Assembly: GCA_963704705.1 (NCBI GenBank) | Contig: OY969931.1 | Location: forward strand, 60,001-92,000 | Direction: 5' to 3' | Length of the DNA stretch: 32,000 nt | Source of the DNA: an uncultured bacterium | Lineage (GTDB): Bacteria > Patescibacteriota > Gracilibacteria > UBA1369 > PNNO01 | In this document: piece after piece, positions 25,934 through 32,000 of the stretch | How positions within the stretch are numbered: position 1 is the first letter of the stretch | Layout: the number at the start of each line of letters is the position of its first letter | Program-made: the position numbers and the translations under genes | Notes under the pieces: model-generated | What the model was told of the DNA's origin: nothing | The model's input: only the letters and a program-made list of their open reading frames with translations | Database searches by the model: none

Positions 25934-26184
25934 ATCACTTAGTGATCGTTAATCACCGAGTGATCGTTAATCACCGAGTGATCGTTAATCACCGAGTGAT
26001 CCGCAATCACCGAGTGATCCGCAATCACCGAGTGATCCGCAATCACCGAGTGATCCGCAATCACCGAGTGATCCGCAATCACCGAGTGATCCGCAATCAC
26101 CGAGTGATCCGCAATCACCGAGTGATCCGCAATCACCGAGTGATCCGCAATCACCGAGTGATCCGCAATCACTTAGTGATTCTC
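25933..26184. repeat. Tandem array of 14 x 18-bp units, each with a 13-nt palindrome ATCAC-NNN-GTGAT (mini-hairpin/REP-like)
   Basis: Counted directly. Unit 1 is AATCACTTAGTGATCGTT. Units 2-3 are AATCACCGAGTGATCGTT. Units 4-13 are ten identical copies of AATCACCGAGTGATCCGC. Unit 14 is AATCACTTAGTGATTCTC. There are no spacers between units. Confidence 0.97.
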
Positions 26185-27851
26185 TGAACCAAAGTAATCT
26201 CTTTCGGCTCTGGCTCTATTGAATTTCCGTGTAGGTCTGAGCCGTTTTTTATTGTGAGTTTGTAGAATTCTTCGGGTTGCAAAGTCATACCTTCAGTTTC
26301 GATTGTAAGATCGCGAAAATTAACCTGTGCATTTTTTATTTTAATTGTGTCATGATGTTCTTTATCTTTTTCATCCATGTCTTCGATCATTAAATTCAAG
26401 CTGTCTGCGATTTTTGGGTCGATTCTTTCATTAAACACAACCATTATTTTGTTGAGGTCTGTGATTTCGGAATAGGCTATCCGTGGGCCGATACGGTCAG
26501 GCAAAGCACGTAAATCCAAAGAAACATCCCGAACTAAACCACCTTCCCATATCCCGAAATTTTCACGGCTTTCAAAATCATCAGAATAAATAATCATGCC
26601 TTGCGGGCCTTCAACAATTATCGAGTAATTATCAGAATCAGTTCCTGCCTGTTTTGGAATATCAATGTGATATCGATCGTTTTTAAAAATAGAAGAAGGA
26701 ATTTCATAGTTAAATTCAAAGCTTTTTCGGTCACCCGGATTTAACTTAACGATTTTTCCAAAAACCGTATAGTCAGAAAGATTTTCAACATGGATATCCG
26801 GATCCGGATTTTTAAGTGTTGCGCCTTTTGGTGCATATACACGTAAATATCCGCTATATGCTCCGCTAATTGGCACATTGTAGTCGCCAAAGTGTTCCAT
26901 TGTTACAGTTGTTTTTGCTGTCAAAGTATAGTTATCCTGGCTGTTTTCAAAAATTTCCAGACGATAATCCACATCACGACTTATGTATCTGTCGGATTTC
27001 ATTCCAGCCAGATTTGATTCAACAACCGCAAGAAAATCACCGGTTGTTTTTGGCCATGTACCGCTCCATCCTTTTTCACGAATCGCATTTTGAAGTGATG
27101 TATTGAAAAAGTGGAACTGAATTTGCTTTTCGTTTAAGTTGCGCACGATCATATCACTGATTTCACGCCATTTTAAAGGCGAAAACAAACTTTTTTTAAT
27201 CAGTTCTTTTGCAAGTGGTCCAAGAATATTTTTACGTTCGCTTACCTGTTCAACATTATGATAATCAATATTATGCAGACTGTATTCCAAAAGTTCAAAA
27301 ACATTTCCCGAAGTGAATTCATAATCCCAAACCTTAACTTTGCCTAAAATTTCCAGCAAATCCTGAAGATTTTTTAAATTTATTGCAATAACTCCGTCAA
27401 AGTTAGTGTCACTATCAGTCAAACGATATAAGCGCATAAGCTCGCTTACACTCTGCGGAAAATCAGGGTACCAATTGGCATCCCTAAAAGTATAACCCTG
27501 GTAAAATTGGCCGTCCAAAAGCTCTTTTTGAGGATATGGCGGATCAATATATTCATGGTCGGCAATATCACCAAACACATCTTTTACTTCAATTCCATTA
27601 AAGAATCCATTTTTAAATTTTGCGATTCCGTAAGCAGAAATAAAGCCTCCTGTAGGCCTGAGCTCATTATCATTCTGAAACAAAACCAAGTAATTTTTTT
27701 CACTAAATGGGCCGCCCGCTATATCAAAATATCTTGGCATAAAAAACCGCAAACCGCTTAGGGAAGACAAAATATATAAAAAGAAAAACAACACTACAAA
27801 TAAAGCGATATATAGGTAAAGCCTGAATTTCCTTTTTCCGATTTTACTCAT
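26169..27851 (-). CDS. DUF4012-family membrane-anchored protein with C-terminal Ig-like region
   Basis: N-terminal TM helix followed by YLVLFQNDNELRPTGGFISAYG, the hallmark DUF4012 motif. The last five codons and the TGA stop lie inside the final unit of the 18-bp array. Confidence 0.8.
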   Translation of the reverse strand: MSKIGKRKFRLYLYIALFVVLFFFLYILSSLSGLRFFMPRYFDIAGGPFSEKNYLVLFQNDNELRPTGGFISAYGIAKFKNGFFNGIEVKDVFGDIADHEYIDPPYPQKELLDGQFYQGYTFRDANWYPDFPQSVSELMRLYRLTDSDTNFDGVIAINLKNLQDLLEILGKVKVWDYEFTSGNVFELLEYSLHNIDYHNVEQVSERKNILGPLAKELIKKSLFSPLKWREISDMIVRNLNEKQIQFHFFNTSLQNAIREKGWSGTWPKTTGDFLAVVESNLAGMKSDRYISRDVDYRLEIFENSQDNYTLTAKTTVTMEHFGDYNVPISGAYSGYLRVYAPKGATLKNPDPDIHVENLSDYTVFGKIVKLNPGDRKSFEFNYEIPSSIFKNDRYHIDIPKQAGTDSDNYSIIVEGPQGMIIYSDDFESRENFGIWEGGLVRDVSLDLRALPDRIGPRIAYSEITDLNKIMVVFNERIDPKIADSLNLMIEDMDEKDKEHHDTIKIKNAQVNFRDLTIETEGMTLQPEEFYKLTIKNGSDLHGNSIEPEPKEITLVQRITK

Positions 27852-29361
27852 TTGGTCTAAGTAGCGGGAATAATACCACGTCTTTTAAGTTTTCCTGTTG
27901 GGTAAGCAAAGCAACTATTCTGTCGATTCCCATGCCCCATCCTGCCATTGGCGGGAACCCGTGTTCCATTGCCAGAACAAATTCATCGTCTTTGCTGTGC
28001 GCTTCTTCATCACCTTTCGCTTTTGCTTCAGATTGCGATTTAAAGGCTTCTGCCTGCTGCAAAGGGTTTATTAACTCTGAATAGGCATTTACAATTTCCC
28101 ATCCGTTCACTACCAATTGGAATCTGTCAGTTATTTTTGGATTATCATCGTTTCGGCGTGCAAGCGGTGAAAGCTCGGTTGGATGATTCATCAAAAAGAC
28201 CGGGTCAACAAGCTTTGGCCTTGAGACCTTTTTGTACAAATGATCAATCAGATTACCCAAACCTAATTTGTCAGCATCTTCGATCTCAATATTTTTGGCT
28301 TTAATTTCAGCTAAAAGGCCTTTCGCGTCATCATATTTGTTTATATCAATTCCACAGTCTTTTTTAATAAGATCATGCATTGTGTGGCGAGGCCACGGTG
28401 TTTTAAAATTAACTTTTCTTAAATTACCTTCTCTGTCTTTGATCTCAACTTCCAGGCTGCCAATTGTTTCTTTTAGTAAATATTCAAACATTTCTTCTGT
28501 GAATTTCATAAGATCTTCATAGTTCCAGTAAGCATGATAGAACTCATTCATAGTAAATTCCTGCAAATGAGACGGATCCATTCCTTCATTTCTGAAAACT
28601 CTTCCCAATTCAAATGTTTTTTCGTAGCCACTGGCAATAAGCTCTTTTTGATATGTTTCTCCGCCTGCAATTCTTAAATAAAAATCGTGATCTAAAGCAT
28701 CGTGATGCGTTACAAACGGCTTAGCCAAGGCACCTGAGGCTGAAGACGCCAAAATAGGAGTTTCAACTTCCATAAATCCATGCTCATGATAAAAATCTCG
28801 AAGTTTTTTAATAAATTCAGATCTAAATTCAAACCTTTTTTTGGTATCAGGATTCATAATAATATCCAGATACCTTTGCCTGTATAAAGTTTCCTGATCT
28901 TTAAGCCCGTGAAATTTTTCAGGTAGAGGCCGTAAAGCTTTTGACAATAATTCATAAGCTGTAACCATTAGCGTAATTTCGCCGTGCTTTGTTTTAAAAA
29001 GTTCACCTTCACAACCAATAAAATCAGCAACATCGATTTTTTTCAAAAATTTATATAAATCATTCCCTATAACATCCTGCATAAAACAAATTTGAATTCT
29101 TCCGGAACTATCCTGCAGTTGTCCAAAGCTTATTTTCCCGTGTGACCTAAATGACATGAGCCTGCCACAAAGTTTAATTTCGCTCTTTGGTTTCGCCATA
29201 ATTTCTTCGGTTTCCCTTGTGCCTTTTTTTTCTCCCATTTCCTTTGCTTCAAGGCATTTGTGAGTTCTTTCACATCTGTCTTTATAAGGGATTTTGCCTG
29301 ATTCTTTTAAATCATTTAATTTTTGTAAACGATCTTTATATTCGGTTGATGTTTCAGTCAT
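27844..29361 (-). CDS. lysS: Lysine--tRNA ligase, class II
   Basis: OB-fold anticodon-binding N-domain (CGRLMSFRSHGKISFGQLQD). Class II motifs are present: FRNEGMDPSHLQEFTMNEFY and GFPPMAGWGMGIDR. Confidence 0.95.
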   Translation of the reverse strand: MTETSTEYKDRLQKLNDLKESGKIPYKDRCERTHKCLEAKEMGEKKGTRETEEIMAKPKSEIKLCGRLMSFRSHGKISFGQLQDSSGRIQICFMQDVIGNDLYKFLKKIDVADFIGCEGELFKTKHGEITLMVTAYELLSKALRPLPEKFHGLKDQETLYRQRYLDIIMNPDTKKRFEFRSEFIKKLRDFYHEHGFMEVETPILASSASGALAKPFVTHHDALDHDFYLRIAGGETYQKELIASGYEKTFELGRVFRNEGMDPSHLQEFTMNEFYHAYWNYEDLMKFTEEMFEYLLKETIGSLEVEIKDREGNLRKVNFKTPWPRHTMHDLIKKDCGIDINKYDDAKGLLAEIKAKNIEIEDADKLGLGNLIDHLYKKVSRPKLVDPVFLMNHPTELSPLARRNDDNPKITDRFQLVVNGWEIVNAYSELINPLQQAEAFKSQSEAKAKGDEEAHSKDDEFVLAMEHGFPPMAGWGMGIDRIVALLTQQENLKDVVLFPLLRPNE

Positions 29362-29500
29362 TTTAATAAGTTACTTTCGCGAAATACTATACACAAAATC
29401 CGATTGACTTTCTATATATCTTTTTAAAGAGTAAATATGTTGACAAACCTTAATAAAATCTTTAAACAGAAAGTGGCTTTTTACTTTTAAAATTTTTTAT

Positions 29501-29824
29501 ATGACCGATTTAAACAATGTTTTAGTTCCATTAGTGTTAATAAATCCAACTCCTGAACAAAAACAATACGATGATCTTGAGATCAAATTCCCGTATTCAG
29601 AGGGCATTGCATCACAAGTTTTATGTGTTTTATGCGGATCAGGTATACCAAATGAAAGCGCTGAAATAAATATAAAGAATAATATGGTAACCGTAAGAGG
29701 TTTAAACAGAGAACCTGCATCTTTGGTTCATGCTGTAAAAGCTTCTGCGCTTTCAGTATTTGGCGAAGAATCTGATATACCAGACAAACTAATCTTTAGA
29801 AGAATCCCTAAAAATAAGCTTTAA
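29501..29824 (+). CDS. Hypothetical protein
   Basis: 107-aa ORF with no recognisable motif. Overlaps the convergent dnaB 3' end by 4 nt. Confidence 0.5.
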   Translation: MTDLNNVLVPLVLINPTPEQKQYDDLEIKFPYSEGIASQVLCVLCGSGIPNESAEINIKNNMVTVRGLNREPASLVHAVKASALSVFGEESDIPDKLIFRRIPKNKL

Positions 29825-31191
29825 TTAGCTATGGCATAATCTTCAGCTTTACGCTGCTTATCTATACTTATGAATTTCATTTGTTCTTTTTTGAATCCAA
29901 GTTCAATGTGGCCGGTTGGACCGTTTCTGTGTTTTCTTATATAAATATCGGTTATTCCTGCGCGGTCTGAATCTTCTTCATAGTAATCTTCACGGTAAAG
30001 CATCATAACAACGTCAGCATCCTGCTCAATTGCACCTGATTCCCTTAAATCTGAAAGTTGAGGGATTTTGCTTGGCCTTAACTCAACTGCACGCGAGAGC
30101 TGCGATAACGCTATAACAGGCAAGTGTAATTCACGGGCAAGGCTCTTTAATGCGCGTGAAATTTCTGAAATTTCCTGAACTCTGTTTGTTTGTCCAAAGT
30201 TGGCTTTTCCTGCGCTCATAAGCTGCAAATAATCCACAATAAGAAGATCAAGACCGTGTTCCATTTGAAGTCTGCGTGCTTTTGCTCTAAGCTCAGCGAT
30301 TGATCCGCCAACGGAATCATCTATAAATAATTTCATAGAATTTAGTTCGTCCATAATTCCACCGATTTTTGCAAAGTCTTCATCAGTTAATTTTCCGGTT
30401 CGCATTTTCCAAGAATCAACTCCCAAAAGCGAACAGAACATTCTTTCAACCAGTTGTTCTTTGGACATCTCCAGCGAAATTATACCAACCGATTTTTGGT
30501 TTTTAGCTATATTTTCAGCTATATTAAGCGCAAAAGCGGTTTTACCCATTGAAGGGCGGGCAGCGATAATTACAAGATCAGCTGGCTGCAAACCACTTAA
30601 AATATTATCGAGGTCGCGATATCCGGTTGGAATTCCGCGGTATTTATCTTTGCTTTCAGGGTCGTGAAGGTCAGCAAGTTTTTCGTATGTCTGGCTTAAA
30701 ATTTCTTTTACATGAACAAATCGGTCTTTAATAAAAGTCTGTGAAACATTGAATAATGATTTTTCAGCTTCTTCTAACAAATTTTCGATTTCTTCTGTTT
30801 CGTTAAATCCAAGGCCTTTAATTGTATCGCCGGCTTTAAGCAGTTTCCTTAAAATAGATTTTTGTTTAACGATTGTTGCGTATTGGAAAATATGGCTTGC
30901 AGTAGGCACTTCTGTTGTTAGCTCCGCGATATAAGAAGCTCCGCCCACCTGCTCAAGCTCTTTTTTATCTTCAAGGTGCGAAGTAACTGTTAGCACATCA
31001 ATAGGATTTCGTTTTTCAAAAACTTCCATGATCGTCCTATAAATCATTTCATGCTTTTCATGGTAAAAATCTTCCGGCGCAATTATGTCAGCGATTTTAA
31101 TAATTGCGTCTTTGTCGATTAAAAGCGATCCGAGGGTTGACCTTTCGGCCTCCAGACTGTGTGGGGGTACTTTTGAGATATCCTGATTCAT
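29821..31191 (-). CDS. dnaB: Replicative DNA helicase
   Basis: PPHSLEAERSTLGSLL N-terminal motif, Walker A ARPSMGKTAF, Walker B LLIVDYLQL, and SQLSRAVE. At 456 aa there is no intein-sized insertion. Confidence 0.95.
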   Translation of the reverse strand: MNQDISKVPPHSLEAERSTLGSLLIDKDAIIKIADIIAPEDFYHEKHEMIYRTIMEVFEKRNPIDVLTVTSHLEDKKELEQVGGASYIAELTTEVPTASHIFQYATIVKQKSILRKLLKAGDTIKGLGFNETEEIENLLEEAEKSLFNVSQTFIKDRFVHVKEILSQTYEKLADLHDPESKDKYRGIPTGYRDLDNILSGLQPADLVIIAARPSMGKTAFALNIAENIAKNQKSVGIISLEMSKEQLVERMFCSLLGVDSWKMRTGKLTDEDFAKIGGIMDELNSMKLFIDDSVGGSIAELRAKARRLQMEHGLDLLIVDYLQLMSAGKANFGQTNRVQEISEISRALKSLARELHLPVIALSQLSRAVELRPSKIPQLSDLRESGAIEQDADVVMMLYREDYYEEDSDRAGITDIYIRKHRNGPTGHIELGFKKEQMKFISIDKQRKAEDYAIAN

Positions 31192-31297
31192 GTCCTTATT
31201 AATTAAGGGCTTTCAATATACTTAAAGTTATGAAAAATTTCAAAATTTTTTATGTTTTTTTAATACTTTTTTAATGATTGTTTGTTAGATTTGCTTT

Positions 31298-31657
31298 ATG
31301 AAGAATATGCAGACTGGCAAAAAAGGGGAACAGCATGCGGCTTTTTATTTAAGATCGTGTGGTTATGAAATATTAACAACAAATTATAAAGTGCTTGGCG
31401 GCGAGATTGATATTATTGCGCGGTATAATTTGGAACTTGTTTTTATCGAGGTAAAAACAAGACACGGCAGAAGTTTTGGGTTGCCTGAAGAAGCCCTGAC
31501 TTATCACAAAAAGAAGAATTTAAAATATGCCATCATTAAATTTATGCATGAGAATTATCATCGCGGCCCTTTTAGATTTGATATGATTGCGATTGAGTTA
31601 AGCGATATTGATGAACTTTTACATTTAAGGCATTATAAGAATGTTCAATTAATCTAA
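31298..31657 (+). CDS. YraN/UPF0102 family endonuclease-like protein
   Basis: GEQHAAFYL...GYEIL..NYK...GEIDIIA....VFIEVKTR is the PD-(D/E)xK pattern typical of YraN. 119 aa. Confidence 0.8.
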   Translation: MKNMQTGKKGEQHAAFYLRSCGYEILTTNYKVLGGEIDIIARYNLELVFIEVKTRHGRSFGLPEEALTYHKKKNLKYAIIKFMHENYHRGPFRFDMIAIELSDIDELLHLRHYKNVQLI

Positions 31658-31662
31658 AAAAT

Positions 31663-32000
31663 ATGCATGACCAGGATAAAGAGCGATTCCTCGCCATAGT
31701 AGTGATTGTTGTTATTATTCTAGGTGCGCTTGGATACTTTTTATGGAATTTTGCTTTAAATAAAGGAACCATTACATTTAACGGCAAACCGCCATATATT
31801 ATTACGGTTGATGAAAAAGAATATAATTGCGATATCGAAAGTTGTGAACTTGTTATTCAAGAGGGAACTCATACATATAAAATTACAAAACAAGGTTACA
31901 ATTCTTTAAGCGGTTCAATCACAATTGCGCGCAGCCAGCAGTTAACAATTAATGCTGAACTTACCTATATTCCAATACTGTCACAGCCGCAAACATATAC
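31663..32000 (+). CDS. Membrane-anchored PEGA-like domain protein, 3'-truncated by the window edge (not in the ORF track)
   Basis: The ATG at 31663 opens a frame with no stop to nt 32000: MHDQDKERFLAIVVIVVIILGALGYFLW (TM helix), then ...LVIQEGTHTYKITKQGYNSLSGSITI, which resembles the PEGA motif (G.H.v.v.K.GY). Confidence 0.5.
   Translation, partial: MHDQDKERFLAIVVIVVIILGALGYFLWNFALNKGTITFNGKPPYIITVDEKEYNCDIESCELVIQEGTHTYKITKQGYNSLSGSITIARSQQLTINAELTYIPILSQPQTY

Larger units (their letters stand above)
25406..26184 (+). mobile_element. RAYT-REP-like locus: Y1 transposase-like gene bracketed by an 18-nt direct repeat and hairpin repeats
   Basis: ATAAATCACTTAGTGATC occurs at 25406-25423 and again at 25930-25947, each time right after a stop codon. 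A third ATCACTTAGTGAT closes the array at 26168-26180. No tnpB or other IS partner is present. Confidence 0.45.

Noticed and set aside
25933-26184. Possible CRISPR array, given the regular short palindromic repeats
   Set aside because: The units are contiguous 18-mers with no unique spacers between them. The period is far shorter than repeat plus spacer, and no cas genes are in the window. It is a tandem palindrome array.
25915-26187. Track ORFs encoding NHRVIR-repeat (plus strand, 90 aa) and DHSVIA-repeat (minus strand 25939..26172, 77 aa) peptides
   Set aside because: Both are by-products of an 18-bp (6-codon) palindromic repeat lacking stop codons in those frames. The fact that both strands are open argues for a DNA-level element, not a protein.
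29821-31191. Intein or insertion in DnaB
   Set aside because: The 456-aa length and contiguous Walker A / Walker B / SQLSR motifs match a plain DnaB with no extra segment.
1-32000. Alternative genetic code (UGA recoding, as in some CPR lineages)
   Set aside because: Long conserved genes are intact under the standard code. A TGA terminates the DUF4012 gene at a sensible position, and no conserved gene appears broken at TGA.

Overview
Low-GC, very tightly packed bacterial chromosome segment: many genes overlap or abut, and several convergent pairs overlap at their 3' ends. The gene content fits a streamlined Patescibacteria/CPR-like or similar Gram-positive-type genome (DUF4012, a DUF881 pair, many small helical orphan proteins). 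That taxonomic placement is inference only. Most of the window is housekeeping: carB, class I/II aminotransferase, tRNA-Ser(GCU), SRAP peptidase, UDP-glucuronate decarboxylase, ybeY, TrmH-family methyltransferase, murI, guaA, lysS, dnaB and yraN. Two accessory loci stand out. (1) nt 1-5250 is an RHS/YD-repeat polymorphic-toxin locus. The main gene runs off the 5' window edge and ends in a tip with an ADP-ribosyltransferase-like R / S-T-T / E-E pattern. An overlapping candidate immunity gene follows, then a promoterless orphan cassette (RHS core remnant, a different toxin tip, and a second immunity candidate). The orphan is linked to the main gene by a ~375-nt, ~97% identical, conspicuously GC-rich direct repeat. 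(2) nt 25406-26184 holds a solitary IS200/RAYT-type Y1 HUH transposase-like gene. It is bracketed by copies of a 13-nt perfect palindrome, preceded by a 12-bp-stem hairpin made from the same half-site, and followed by 14 head-to-tail 18-bp mini-hairpin units. This array has no spacers and is not a CRISPR. Its last unit supplies the final codons and stop of the convergent DUF4012 gene. Smaller observations: a PAP2 phosphatase fused to a polyprenol-kinase-like domain and coupled to murI; a Na/Pi-cotransporter-like protein with a long Lys/Glu-rich N-terminal extension; and a 374-bp divergent intergenic region with a bulged palindrome. All domain calls come from motif recognition by eye, with no searches run.
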